Positions 13,819 through 23,390 are shown, counted from the first letter of the stretch. The stretch: 24,000 nucleotides of DNA from Candidatus Micrarchaeales archaeon (GCA_050749785.1 JBOGSA010000002.1:37447-61446), one strand, 5' to 3'. Program-made: numbers and translations. Notes: generated from the letters alone by a model not told the origin.

Positions 13819-14913
13819 GCCGCGCAGGAAAAACCTCTTTATCACGACGCTCGGCCTGTCCATGTCGCCGTATTTTCCAAGGAATGATTCGAGGCCCATC
13901 AGTTTTATCACCCTGGCAATCCTCTCAAGGCTCTTTTTGCTCTGCGTTGCGTAAAGGTTGTAGAAGAAAGAATGCAGCCTGACCTCCTTTTCAAATTCCT
14001 TCCTCCATTTGCGCTCATATGTGCTGAGCTGCGTTCCTTTGTTTATGTGGCTTGCGATTGCATCTGCGGCATATCGAGCTCCGTTTCCGCCGAATATTAT
14101 TCCGCCTCCGGTGGTTGGCTTCACCTGACCTGCAGCATCGCCGACAAGAAGCACCTCTTCTTTGTCCTTCACGAAATGTTCGCGCATCCCAACCGGAATG
14201 AAACTTGCGCCTTCTGTTATGAATTTTCCGCTCTTTACTACCTCTGCAATCGCAGGGATTTTCTTGAATTTCTCAAATGATGACTTGCTGTTGCCAAACT
14301 TCGAGTCAATCCCTATTCCTATTTCCGCGATATCTTTTGAGTTTGGGCAGATCCATCCGAAGAATCCAGGGGTGAGGTCGTTGTCGAAAAATAGCTCCAC
14401 CATGCTGTTCTCCTCTAACTTATAATCATATTCCGCCCTGAAAGTGAGAATCTGCCTTTGTATTGCAGGAAACTTGAAATGCCTTGCCACAGACGACACA
14501 GCTCCATCGGCGCCTACCACTATCTTCTCCTGCGACAACTTATCGAATAGGGTAGCATCAACCTTTGTACCAATATGCATCTTCACTCCCTTCTTCTCGC
14601 TCTCTTCTAAAAGCAGCTTGTTGAGTTCAAATCGCTCAAGTACATAGGCCACAGCCTTCTGTGATTTTATCTCTAGTATCTCCTTGCCTATGTGTAATTT
14701 TGCTCCGTGTAAGGTGTTGGTCATCACCTTCCTGTAATCTATGCCCAAGGTTTCAAGTCCGCTGATCGAAAGGATTCCGGATGCTCGCACAGGAAATCCA
14801 GGCGTCTTGTTCTGGTCGTACACATCAGTTTCTATTCCAAAATCACGCAGCCTGTTTGCAGCAATTAACCCTGCAGTTCCTGCCCCAATAATCGCAACAC
14901 TATTCTTCATCAA
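13807..14913 (-). CDS. Geranylgeranyl reductase-family FAD-dependent oxidoreductase (right flank of the cassette array)
   Basis: N-terminal dinucleotide fold VAIIGAGTAGLIAANRL...DVYDQ, followed by LLVGDAAGQVKPTTGGGI. Length and motif order are typical of archaeal GGR-family proteins. Confidence 0.85.
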   Translation of the reverse strand: MMKNSVAIIGAGTAGLIAANRLRDFGIETDVYDQNKTPGFPVRASGILSISGLETLGIDYRKVMTNTLHGAKLHIGKEILEIKSQKAVAYVLERFELNKLLLEESEKKGVKMHIGTKVDATLFDKLSQEKIVVGADGAVSSVARHFKFPAIQRQILTFRAEYDYKLEENSMVELFFDNDLTPGFFGWICPNSKDIAEIGIGIDSKFGNSKSSFEKFKKIPAIAEVVKSGKFITEGASFIPVGMREHFVKDKEEVLLVGDAAGQVKPTTGGGIIFGGNGARYAADAIASHINKGTQLSTYERKWRKEFEKEVRLHSFFYNLYATQSKKSLERIARVIKLMGLESFLGKYGDMDRPSVVIKRFFLRGLAK

Positions 14914-14971
14914 AAGCCCAAGTTGGTGTTTAAATAAGTTATCGTTCTTAAGTTATAAAATACGTGTCTTG

Positions 14972-17836
14972 ATGACCTTCTTAGTTCCGGCATTTATATC
15001 ATTACTATCTATAATAGTCCCTGGATTTTTCCTGGCACTAGCCCTGCTCAAAAAAACAAAGCTCAACATGTTTGAGATTGGTGCGATTGGATTCATATTC
15101 GGACTGATTTTCCCGCCAACAATGATCTGGCTCGAAGCCTACCTCATACCAATTTCACATGCATTCGCATTTTCCACAAACCTCTACAACATAAACGTTG
15201 TGCTTCTCACGATAATCGGCATAGTCCTCTGCTTCATGCAAGGAATTTTCTCCACCGACCACATAAAGCCATTCATCGGCATGGCAAAGTCTGCAAAGAG
15301 CCAGGCGACGGCAGAGAGTGTTGTTCTTAGCCCCAGCAAGAAGGGACACTCTTACATCTGGTACATATTGATGGGGCTTATGCTTGTCACATTCGCATCA
15401 AGGCTGCTAAGCCTTGGGATTGCACCAAATTTCTTCGAGTTCGACCCATATTTCGACATGCTCAGCACCCAATCCATACTCGTTCACGGCTATCAGGTTC
15501 TTTACGACCATTCTGCTTGGCCTACGCTAACCGCAGGCAGCCCGCACAGAATAGAACCAATAGTTCCTTATCTTGAGGCTTACTGGTACACAATCACAAA
15601 CCAGCTCCAGACGCACTACACGGCATTTAGCACCTCGCTCATGAGCGATGTTAGCAGCTTCTATCCACCAATAGTTGCTGCGCTGCTCGTCTTTGTCGTT
15701 TTCATGTTCCTATATCATGAGTATGGCGAGTTCCCGGCGATAATCGGCGGCACGCTTGCGACCGCAATGCCGGCACTCATCACAACATTCATCGCAGGAG
15801 AACAGCTCGTCGAACCATGGGGAATCTTCACGCTTTTCTTCTTCTATGCGGCGTATCTGCTCGCGGTCAACAACTTACATGAAAAGAAGTTCGCAATACT
15901 CGCAGGCATCGCCTTCGTATCCACCTTCCTAGGCGCTCACTACTACACGGTGGACGCGGGAGTTCTTGCGATATACATACTGCTGCAAGGAATAGTATTT
16001 GTCCTAAAGAAAGAGCACACAAAGGATTTCTACATCCTCAATATAATCGTAATCGCGATAATCGCAGTCTTCTACGTGCTCTTCGCGCCATATGGAAGCG
16101 TTCTTTCCAACAAGATACCGGCGTTGCTTGGCGTACCGATTATAATCGGCTTCCCGCTCTTTGCCATGATATTCGTCCTGATATTCGAATACATTCCAAA
16201 GCTGCTTGCACAGAAAAAGATACTCTTCAAGCAACTAAACTTCCTAGAATACGCAGGCTTTTTGCTGCTCCTTGCAATCGTTGCGATAGTGCTGATAATG
16301 TTCACATCGCTTGGCGAACCGGTGCAGAAATATATAACACTTAGCACCCACTTCACAACTCCCTCAATACCGTTGTTTGCAACAGTCCAGGAGTATTCGC
16401 CGACAGGATTTAACTTCAACTTCGGGTCTGCAGGCTTTGGAATAATTGGCGCAACCATTTTGGGAGTCAACTTGATAGTATGGCTAGTGCTGATTTTGTT
16501 CACAGCTCTTATGCTGCTTGCAATCTACCACAGGAATTCTAAGTTCAGCATCCTCTCTCTTGCCGCTGTATGGCCGCTTGCGATTGCAGGAATGGTAGAG
16601 GTGAAATATCTGCCGCACTTCGGAGTTGGTTACATACTTGCAATTGGCGCAATAATCGGGGAACTTTTGATACTGGCAAACAACAACTTCAAATTCAAGG
16701 ACATGGCAAATGTGATACCAACACTCAACCTCAAGCTCAGATCGGTGCAAGCGATAGCCGTTATCGCCATAATCGTTGTCATACTCGAATCTGGAGTGTT
16801 CCTAAACATTATAAGCGCTGTGGCTAATCCAAGCTGTGCCTCCCTTTCTAGTTCCAACAATCAGATAGGCTACACTCTTTATTGTGAGGTCGTATCGCAG
16901 CAGTGGCTGAGCGCACTCTCATGGATGAAGGCAAATGTAGGGCCGTACGCCCCAAGGGTGCTTGCATGGTGGGACTATGGAGACTGGATAAACTGGTTTG
17001 GCAACAGCAATGCGGTGCTCAGAGGAGACAACGCTGTAGCAACTTCAGACTACGCCACCGCAGCGCAGTATGTGCTAGTGAATTCTGACGGCGTTAATTC
17101 CTCGACCCTTTCATCTTACATGAACTCAATACAGGCAAAGTATGTGCTCTTTGATGATCAGCTGATGCAGAAGTGGGGCGCGCTGGACTATCTTGCATGT
17201 GTAAATGCAGGACAAACGAGCCTAGCATACGCAGTACAGCAGGGGCAGGCTAACGGCCAGCCCTACCAACTCGGCACATCTCAGTGTGAACTAGCCCACG
17301 ATCCTGTGTATGCGCTCGTTCCTGCAACGACCAACAACATAAACAATTACTGCCAGTTCAGCAATTCATCTGTCCAGGCGCTCAAGGTGATAATGCTAGC
17401 TGGCAACAACTTCCTCAATGTGACATACTGCGTTCCTGCAAGCCTATACAACAGCGTCAGCCCAGTGCATCTCTACACCACCAACGGAACGATGACGAAC
17501 GCAATGATCATACCTTCGCAGACATTCTTCTATGGCACAATTCCACTAAGCGGCCAGACATTTGCGGACTTCCTTGTTGTGTACCTGCCTAACGGGCCTA
17601 ACGACACGATAACAGATGCGCCTACGCAGTTCTACAATTCGAGCTACTACAAAGGATTCTTCTTTGGCAAGGTGAAGGGATTCAGTCTTGTCTACCCAGA
17701 GAACTTCACAGGAGTGAACTACATCAACAGTACGAACACTGTAATGATACTGCAAGTCGACAACTACACCGGCGGCATACCAACGGCGACTCCAAAGGCG
17801 AGCTACGTTACAAACAACTACACAATGCCTGGTTGA
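14972..17836 (+). CDS. aglB: Archaeal oligosaccharyltransferase AglB (STT3 family), 954 aa
   Basis: A multi-TM N-terminal half followed by the WWDYGDWINW (WWDYG) catalytic motif at 16967-16981. ATG 14972 was chosen because the track ORF start at 14741 runs antisense through the GGR gene. A TTTAAATA box lies about 40 nt upstream. Confidence 0.9.
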   Translation: MTFLVPAFISLLSIIVPGFFLALALLKKTKLNMFEIGAIGFIFGLIFPPTMIWLEAYLIPISHAFAFSTNLYNINVVLLTIIGIVLCFMQGIFSTDHIKPFIGMAKSAKSQATAESVVLSPSKKGHSYIWYILMGLMLVTFASRLLSLGIAPNFFEFDPYFDMLSTQSILVHGYQVLYDHSAWPTLTAGSPHRIEPIVPYLEAYWYTITNQLQTHYTAFSTSLMSDVSSFYPPIVAALLVFVVFMFLYHEYGEFPAIIGGTLATAMPALITTFIAGEQLVEPWGIFTLFFFYAAYLLAVNNLHEKKFAILAGIAFVSTFLGAHYYTVDAGVLAIYILLQGIVFVLKKEHTKDFYILNIIVIAIIAVFYVLFAPYGSVLSNKIPALLGVPIIIGFPLFAMIFVLIFEYIPKLLAQKKILFKQLNFLEYAGFLLLLAIVAIVLIMFTSLGEPVQKYITLSTHFTTPSIPLFATVQEYSPTGFNFNFGSAGFGIIGATILGVNLIVWLVLILFTALMLLAIYHRNSKFSILSLAAVWPLAIAGMVEVKYLPHFGVGYILAIGAIIGELLILANNNFKFKDMANVIPTLNLKLRSVQAIAVIAIIVVILESGVFLNIISAVANPSCASLSSSNNQIGYTLYCEVVSQQWLSALSWMKANVGPYAPRVLAWWDYGDWINWFGNSNAVLRGDNAVATSDYATAAQYVLVNSDGVNSSTLSSYMNSIQAKYVLFDDQLMQKWGALDYLACVNAGQTSLAYAVQQGQANGQPYQLGTSQCELAHDPVYALVPATTNNINNYCQFSNSSVQALKVIMLAGNNFLNVTYCVPASLYNSVSPVHLYTTNGTMTNAMIIPSQTFFYGTIPLSGQTFADFLVVYLPNGPNDTITDAPTQFYNSSYYKGFFFGKVKGFSLVYPENFTGVNYINSTNTVMILQVDNYTGGIPTATPKASYVTNNYTMPG

Positions 17837-17840
17837 TTTA

Positions 17841-18971
17841 TTGAAGCTCGTGATAACCCATCCGTATCTGAATCTCAAGGGTGGCGCAGAGAGGGTCATA
17901 CTCGAGATAGCAAAGCACTACGACGCGAAGATTTACTGCATTGATTATGATAAGAAGGAGACCTTTTCTGATTTCAATGATGTAGACATAGAAATTATAA
18001 AGAAGAAGATTCCTTTCTCATCAATCCTTCCATACAGGGCAGGGCAGGGGCTCAAGGCAGGCTATGTCTTTTACAACACGAAGATAAAGGAGGATTACGA
18101 CGTTGTAAATCCACACACCTCGCCGAGCGAGTGGATAAGGCACAAGAATCCAAGGGCGCTATGGTACTGCCACACCCCGATACGGGAGGTATACGACCTC
18201 TACTCGTTTAGGATGCAAAACAGGTCAACAAAAGAGAAGCTGCTCTACTTCACATTCGCAAATTCCTACAAGATAATGTCGAAGGGAATAATAGACAGGA
18301 TAGAGGGCATAGCAACAAACAGCCAGAACACAAAATCTAGAATAAGCAAATATTTCGGAAGGGATGCAACCATAATAAATCCGGCGATTAACCCCAAGGA
18401 GTTCAAGAATTCCGGGGACGAAAAATATTTCCTCTACATATCTAGGTTCTACCTAAACAAGAGGCAGGAATACGTAATAGACGCATTCAAGAGGTTCATA
18501 AGAAAGACAAAACTGACCAACTACAAGTTAATTCTCGCAGGCTCGCTCTCAAATGACAAGGAGCACATCGCATACTTTGAGATGCTAAAGAGAATATCGC
18601 CTAAGAATGTAATATTCAAGCTCCACACAAGCGACGCAGAGGCAAGAAAGCTCTACTCAAATTGCACCGCAGTGCTATTCGCCGCAATAAACGAGGATTT
18701 CGGCATCGCACCGCTTGAAGCGATGGCAAGCGAGAAAGTGCTGATCGCAGTAAATGAAGGGGGCCCGCGAGAAACAGTTGAAGATGGCAAGACAGGTTTC
18801 CTTGTCAACTCTCCAGAGGATATGTCTGAGAAGATGAAATGGATTGTGGAGCACAAGGAGCTTGCAAGCAAGATAGGAAAAGCAGCCAGAAAGAGGGTAG
18901 CTGAGAAATATTCCTGGGACGCGTTCTTTAGGAAGTTTGATAAGATGGCGCAGAAAGTTTCCAAGATGTGA
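17841..18971 (+). CDS. Glycosyltransferase, GT4/GT-B family
   Basis: N-terminal KLVITHPYLNLKGGAERV and the C-terminal EDFGIAPLEAMASEKVLIAVNEGGPRETVEDGKTGFLV motif (E-x7-E type). Apparent TTG start 4 nt after the aglB stop. Confidence 0.85.
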   Translation: MKLVITHPYLNLKGGAERVILEIAKHYDAKIYCIDYDKKETFSDFNDVDIEIIKKKIPFSSILPYRAGQGLKAGYVFYNTKIKEDYDVVNPHTSPSEWIRHKNPRALWYCHTPIREVYDLYSFRMQNRSTKEKLLYFTFANSYKIMSKGIIDRIEGIATNSQNTKSRISKYFGRDATIINPAINPKEFKNSGDEKYFLYISRFYLNKRQEYVIDAFKRFIRKTKLTNYKLILAGSLSNDKEHIAYFEMLKRISPKNVIFKLHTSDAEARKLYSNCTAVLFAAINEDFGIAPLEAMASEKVLIAVNEGGPRETVEDGKTGFLVNSPEDMSEKMKWIVEHKELASKIGKAARKRVAEKYSWDAFFRKFDKMAQKVSKM

Positions 18972-18975
18972 AAAC

Positions 18976-19296
18976 TTACTGGTTGATTACATACCTGCCG
19001 ATTATCTTTGTCGCGTAATCTAGGACCTTTACAATGTTTGCCTCAGTGTTTGAACCTGTGCAGATCAGTTTGCCGTTCTTGAAAAGAATGATTACTGCTG
19101 AAGGCTCCTTTATCCTAAAAATTGCGCCAGGGAACTGCTCGGGCTCGTAGTCCACTTCCTTGACATTCTTTGAAAGCGCGTAAAGATCAATTGTAGCATG
19201 AAGGTCTGCGCTCACCACAATGTTTTGTATGTTTATTTTTGGCTTTAGGTTCAGAACCCTTGGGGTTCCTGGCTTTGCGCTTTCCTGCTTAGGCAT
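18976..19296 (-). CDS. Single-repeat (half-size) TATA-box-binding-protein-like protein, 106 aa
   Basis: INIQNIVVSADLHATIDLYALSKNVKEVDYEPEQFPGAIFRIKEPSAVIILFKNGKLICTGSNTEANI matches one TBP repeat (IQNIVAS.DL...YEPEQFPGLIYR..EP....LIF.SGK.V.TGAK). Only one repeat fits between its own TATA box and the GT4 stop. Confidence 0.8.
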   Translation of the reverse strand: MPKQESAKPGTPRVLNLKPKINIQNIVVSADLHATIDLYALSKNVKEVDYEPEQFPGAIFRIKEPSAVIILFKNGKLICTGSNTEANIVKVLDYATKIIGRYVINQ

Positions 19297-19325
19297 ATGA
19301 TCATCATAGAGTATGGGAGAAAAGG

Positions 19326-19334
19326 ATTTAAATA
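19326..19334 (-). promoter_or_regulatory. TATA-like box (TATTTAAAT on the minus strand) for the half-TBP gene
   Basis: Centred about 34 nt upstream of the ATG at 19296, consistent with a leaderless or short-leader archaeal mRNA. Confidence 0.5.
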
Positions 19335-19386
19335 CCCTCTAAAGTTCGCCTATTGATTTATACAAAAACTAAGTAACGTTTAAATA

Positions 19387-20148
19387 ATGCAAGCCGAGAC
19401 TCTACTAAAACAGGTAGCGAACATGTCATTAGTTCCACATCCCCAGAGCCAAAGCTCACGAGCATATGCCGAATTCAAAGGGCTTAGCGGCGAGGGTCAC
19501 AATTATCTTGCATTTAGGCATGCATTGAGAAATCTTGACGAACCAGAGCAGAGGATATCATTTGCAAGGACCGTAATTTGCCTTTTAAGGGATAAAAACT
19601 ACGAGAGTGCATGGGAATTCGCAAGAGTGTCTGCCGAATTCTCAACAGAACCGCTTAACAGGCTAATCATCACCCAGAGGGTGGGGCAGCTAATGGAGAA
19701 GGACAAGGCCAAGGCGCTCTCCTTTGCTAAGATCTGGGTGAAGAACAAAAAGATAAAGCTCGCAATCGCAAGCGCACTGCACACCGATCTTCTCGCCAAT
19801 AAAAAATATCAACCAGCAGCAATCCTTTGGGATGAATACAACCTCGGGCCCAAAAGGCACAATCTTGCCGCTTTTGAAATGGTGAGGCTGCAGATAGAAT
19901 CCGTCAGAAGCTACGCGCTTAATGAGCCAAAGGAGAAGAATGACAAGCTAAAAACGCTAGAAGAGATAAAGGACAAACTTGAAGACGCCATAGAGTTTGG
20001 CAGGCTATACCCGCGAGCAGTCAAAAGGAAGGATGTGGTAAAAGCTGTCAAACTGCATGCGAAGGCCCAGCAGATGATATTCTCAATAGAGCACGGCCTG
20101 GCAAACCACATACCCCACACATTCGGGCCCTCTAAGCTGCCAAATTAG
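19387..20148 (+). CDS. Hypothetical 253-aa alpha-helical protein
   Basis: Long ORF with a helical-repeat-like composition. A TATA-like ATTTATAC box lies about 30 nt upstream. No family recognised. Confidence 0.6.
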   Translation: MQAETLLKQVANMSLVPHPQSQSSRAYAEFKGLSGEGHNYLAFRHALRNLDEPEQRISFARTVICLLRDKNYESAWEFARVSAEFSTEPLNRLIITQRVGQLMEKDKAKALSFAKIWVKNKKIKLAIASALHTDLLANKKYQPAAILWDEYNLGPKRHNLAAFEMVRLQIESVRSYALNEPKEKNDKLKTLEEIKDKLEDAIEFGRLYPRAVKRKDVVKAVKLHAKAQQMIFSIEHGLANHIPHTFGPSKLPN

Positions 20149-20243
20149 AAAGCTTTAAGTATATTTTTATGCCTAATTACTATCGTATATCGAGAGATCG
20201 GGATACGCTAATTGAAGTTTTCTGCTTATAAAAAAGTGATACA

Positions 20244-21893
20244 ATGGCTGAGAATGAACTATCTGGACAACAGTACGTGATTTTACCGCAGGGCTCTTCG
20301 AGACTTCTCGGAAGGGATGCTCAGAGGACCAACATAGCTGTAGCTTACGCTGTAGCTGGAATAGTAAAGACAACACTCGGTCCAAAGGGAATGGACAAGA
20401 TGCTTGTCAGCGAACTCGGCGACATTGTGATAACTAACGACGGGGCAACGATACTCGAGGAGATGAATGTCGAGCATCCGATCGCAAGGATAATGGTCGA
20501 GATCGCAAAGACTCAGGACAAGGAAGTCGGAGACGGAACAACTACCGCAGTGATAATGGCAGGTGAGCTTCTCAAGGCGGCAGGAAACCTAATAGAGCAA
20601 GGAATTCACCCGACCACGATAGTAAAGGGATACAAGATGGCCGCTTCGACCGCGAAGGGAATTCTAGAGGAGAATTCTGCAACGCTAACAATCAATGATG
20701 TCGACAAGCTAGAGAGGATTGCACTTATCGCAATGGCCTCAAAGAACATCGGCAGCGACGCCACAAAGAAGTATCTTGCAAAACTCGCGATACAGGCGAT
20801 AAAACAGGTCGCAACAACAGAGGGGGGCAAAGTAAGAATCGACCACGACTTTGTTAAGCTAGAAAAGAAGGAGGGAGGAAGCATCGAGGACACAGAATTC
20901 ATAAACGGCGTTCTTGTCGACAAGGAAATATCTCACCCTGGAATGCCAAAGATGGTGAAGAACGCGAAGATCGCAATACTTGATGTTGCTTTGGAAATAG
21001 AGAAGACCGAGACAGATGCAAGAATCGAGATAACTTCTCCTGAACAGATGCAGGCATTCCTCACGCAGGAGGAGAAGATGCTCAAGACCATGGCAGACAA
21101 GATAGTCAAGTCAGGAGCAAATGTGGTATTCATACAGAAGGGAATCGACGATGTGGCTCAGCACTACCTCTCAAAGGCTGGAATAGTAGCAGTGAGGAGA
21201 GTAAAGAAGAGCGACATGGAGAAGCTCGCAAAGGCAACAGGAGCAAGGCTCGTAACAAGCCTCGATGACCTCACAAAGGAGGATCTTGGATTCGCAGGGC
21301 AGGTTGAAGAGAAGAAGGTCGCAGGAGAACAGATGGTATTCGTAGAGAAGTGCAAGGATCCAAAGAGCGTCACAATATTCGCGCGCGGTTCAACGCCTCA
21401 GGTAGTTAACGAGGTAGAGAGATCGCTCAACGACGTTATAGGCGCACTATCAAGCGCAGTTGAAGTTGGCAGATATGTCATCGGCGGAGGAAGCATAGAA
21501 GTTGACATAGCAAACGGACTTCGCGAGTACGCAAGCACTGTAGGTGGAAAAGAGCAACTCGCAATTCAGGCTTTTGCTGACGCAATCGAGGTCGTTCCAA
21601 AGACGCTCTCAGAAAGCGCCGGAATGGATTCGATAGACACTCTTGTGCAGCTAAGGAGCAAGCACAAGGGCAAGGCAGGCAGAGTGTTCGGCGTCGACAT
21701 CTACCACGACCAGATAAGCGACATGGAGAAGCTCGGAGTCATCGAGCCGCTCAAGGTAAAGCAGCAGGCAATATCAAGCGCAAGCGAGGCTGCAGAGATA
21801 ATCCTTAGGATCGATGACATGATAAGCTCTAAGGGCAGAGGCGGCGGAGGAGGAATGCCGCCAGGCGGAATGCCAGGAATGGGCGGAGAGTAG
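20244..21893 (+). CDS. ths: Thermosome subunit (group II chaperonin)
   Basis: [33 protein letters not shown] and a C-terminal [16 protein letters not shown] tail. Confidence 0.95.
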   Translation: MAENELSGQQYVILPQGSSRLLGRDAQRTNIAVAYAVAGIVKTTLGPKGMDKMLVSELGDIVITNDGATILEEMNVEHPIARIMVEIAKTQDKEVGDGTTTAVIMAGELLKAAGNLIEQGIHPTTIVKGYKMAASTAKGILEENSATLTINDVDKLERIALIAMASKNIGSDATKKYLAKLAIQAIKQVATTEGGKVRIDHDFVKLEKKEGGSIEDTEFINGVLVDKEISHPGMPKMVKNAKIAILDVALEIEKTETDARIEITSPEQMQAFLTQEEKMLKTMADKIVKSGANVVFIQKGIDDVAQHYLSKAGIVAVRRVKKSDMEKLAKATGARLVTSLDDLTKEDLGFAGQVEEKKVAGEQMVFVEKCKDPKSVTIFARGSTPQVVNEVERSLNDVIGALSSAVEVGRYVIGGGSIEVDIANGLREYASTVGGKEQLAIQAFADAIEVVPKTLSESAGMDSIDTLVQLRSKHKGKAGRVFGVDIYHDQISDMEKLGVIEPLKVKQQAISSASEAAEIILRIDDMISSKGRGGGGGMPPGGMPGMGGE

Positions 21894-21907
21894 AAGCAGA
21901 AACACGA

Positions 21908-22480
21908 ATGGTTTCGATGGGACGGATAATAATCTTTATGGGCACCCCGGGCGCAGGAAAGAGCTCTGTAATCAGCGGGATATCCCATAATTTCAAGCTC
22001 ATCAACATCGGCACTGAGATGCTCACAATCGCAGTAAAGGAGCACGGAATCAAGGACCGCGACGACATGCGCAAGCTCGGAGCAGAAAAAATAAAGCAGA
22101 TTAGGAACAAGGTCTTTGATGGCATCAGGACGGACAAATCAAACATAATACTAGACACTCATGCCTCTGTAAGATCCGGTCCAAGGTTCGTTCCAGGCTT
22201 CACGGTAGATGAACTGCAGAGCCTAAACCAGATAGAGACTATAGTCTATGTAGATGCGAGTTCAAAGGAGATAATGGCAAGGCGGGGAAAGGACCTCACA
22301 AGAAGAAGGGACGTCGAGGATGAGACCGACCTAGAGGAACAAAGAGAGATAAACCTCTCTCTCATCGGCACCTATGCGGCAATAATTGGGATCCCGATAT
22401 ATATTATTAAGAACAATGATGGCCATCTTAAGCAGGCGCTTGAACAGGCAAACAAGATAGCAACCGACATCTTTGCGTGA
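21908..22480 (+). CDS. adkA: Adenylate kinase, archaeal type
   Basis: P-loop GTPGAGKSS. DTHASVRSGPRFVPGF...VYVDASSKEIMARR...RRRDVED parallels the archaeal AdkA layout. Conserved adk-DUF106-cmk neighbourhood. Confidence 0.85.
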   Translation: MVSMGRIIIFMGTPGAGKSSVISGISHNFKLINIGTEMLTIAVKEHGIKDRDDMRKLGAEKIKQIRNKVFDGIRTDKSNIILDTHASVRSGPRFVPGFTVDELQSLNQIETIVYVDASSKEIMARRGKDLTRRRDVEDETDLEEQREINLSLIGTYAAIIGIPIYIIKNNDGHLKQALEQANKIATDIFA

Positions 22481-22484
22481 TAAC

Positions 22485-22961
22485 ATGATTGACCCAGTAA
22501 TAATTGTACTTCTGATTCTCGGCGGCATAGGCTATGCGATGCTGATCATACTATTGCAGCACAAGCTCACCAACATGCGCCAAGTCTACAAACTCCAAAA
22601 CACAATGAAGGAGAAGCAAAAGAACCTAACAGCGCTCACAAAGATGGAGAATGTGGCAAAGGCAGACCTGGAAGCTGCTCAGAAGGAGATAATGCAGCTA
22701 GCAAGCGAGAGCATGAAGCATCAGATGAAGCCGATGCTGATAATTTTCCCGATTTCGTTGATAGTCTTCTATTACGTATTGCCTCTTGTTCCAGGAATCG
22801 CAACACCACCATTCATACCGATAGTTCATCTTAGCTACTACCAAGGACTCTTCGTTTTGGTGGGAGCGATATTCAATGTCTTGCTGACAAGGATAATAAT
22901 GAAAAGGCTGACAAAGGACGACGTGGCGCAGCCTGCTCCAGCCGCAATTCAGCAGCAATAA
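22485..22961 (+). CDS. DUF106/EMC3-TMCO1-like membrane protein (archaeal YidC/Oxa1-like)
   Basis: TM helix, a long charged coiled segment (KEKQKNL...EAAQKEIMQL...MKHQMKPM), then TM helices. Conserved position between adkA and rpl34e/cmk. ATG 22485; the track start at 22473 is TTG. Confidence 0.65.
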   Translation: MIDPVIIVLLILGGIGYAMLIILLQHKLTNMRQVYKLQNTMKEKQKNLTALTKMENVAKADLEAAQKEIMQLASESMKHQMKPMLIIFPISLIVFYYVLPLVPGIATPPFIPIVHLSYYQGLFVLVGAIFNVLLTRIIMKRLTKDDVAQPAPAAIQQQ

Positions 22962-23063
22962 TCCGTATAATACCCACTTCACACTCTCTCAAATGCGCTC
23001 TCACGATAGCCTTTTATATTTTCAGAATAAAATGTATTTTACTGATTTTAATCGGTGTTTAAT

Positions 23064-23390
23064 TTGCCAAGACCAATGTATAGATCGAGCAGCTATAGGA
23101 GGCTATCAAGAGTGACTCCTTCAGGCAGAAATACGATCCACTATAAGAGAAAGAAGAACTCATTGCCGCACTGCGCGATATGCGGAGCAGAACTCAACGG
23201 AATCTCGATAAGCAAGAGTGCCAAGGGAAAGTCCCTCAAGACGAATTCACGCAAGTTCGGTGGCGTGCTTTGCAGCTCGTGCAACGCAGACGTGATAAAG
23301 CTCGCATCAAGGATTGAGAACGGAGAGATGAAGCTCAATTCCATCGGCATAAGGCAAAAGCAGTATGTCCTTCAGATGATTGCTCACTGA
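23064..23390 (+). CDS. rpl34e: Ribosomal protein L34e (eL34)
   Basis: PRPMYRSSSYRRLSRVTPSGRNTIHYKRKK...CAICGAELNGI is the L34e pattern. TTG at 23064 gives the canonical MPRPMYRS N-terminus. GTG 23055 is an alternative. Confidence 0.85.
   Translation: MPRPMYRSSSYRRLSRVTPSGRNTIHYKRKKNSLPHCAICGAELNGISISKSAKGKSLKTNSRKFGGVLCSSCNADVIKLASRIENGEMKLNSIGIRQKQYVLQMIAH

Larger units (their letters stand above)
11067..14064. repeat. Tandem unit 2: X 3-prime fragment + cassette 2 + 3-prime end of the intact GGR gene (2998 bp)
   Basis: Collinear with unit 1 (see 8232-11062). Contains an extra T-rich 91 nt (11328-11418) with no counterpart in unit 1. Confidence 0.9.

Noticed and set aside
8232-14064. Simple ancient in-place tandem duplication followed by neutral divergence as the whole explanation
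   Set aside because: Not fully excluded. It fits poorly with silent-only or conservative differences in the truncated fragments, and with very uneven divergence across the unit (R ~20% aa, C 100% aa, GGR arm ~96% nt, X arm ~80% nt). A mosaic or lateral component or gene conversion is needed.
14741-14971. N-terminal 77-codon extension of the 1031-aa AglB track ORF
   Set aside because: It runs antisense through the 5-prime end of the GGR gene and has non-membrane, low-complexity composition. ATG 14972 gives a typical hydrophobic AglB N-terminus with a TATA-like box upstream.
19294-19307. ATGATGA (C-box-like) on the minus strand just upstream of the half-TBP start, with a CTGA about 45 nt downstream, suggesting a C/D-box sRNA
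   Set aside because: It overlaps the start codon and coding sequence. There are no C-prime/D-prime boxes or terminal stem. Chance occurrence of short motifs is likely.
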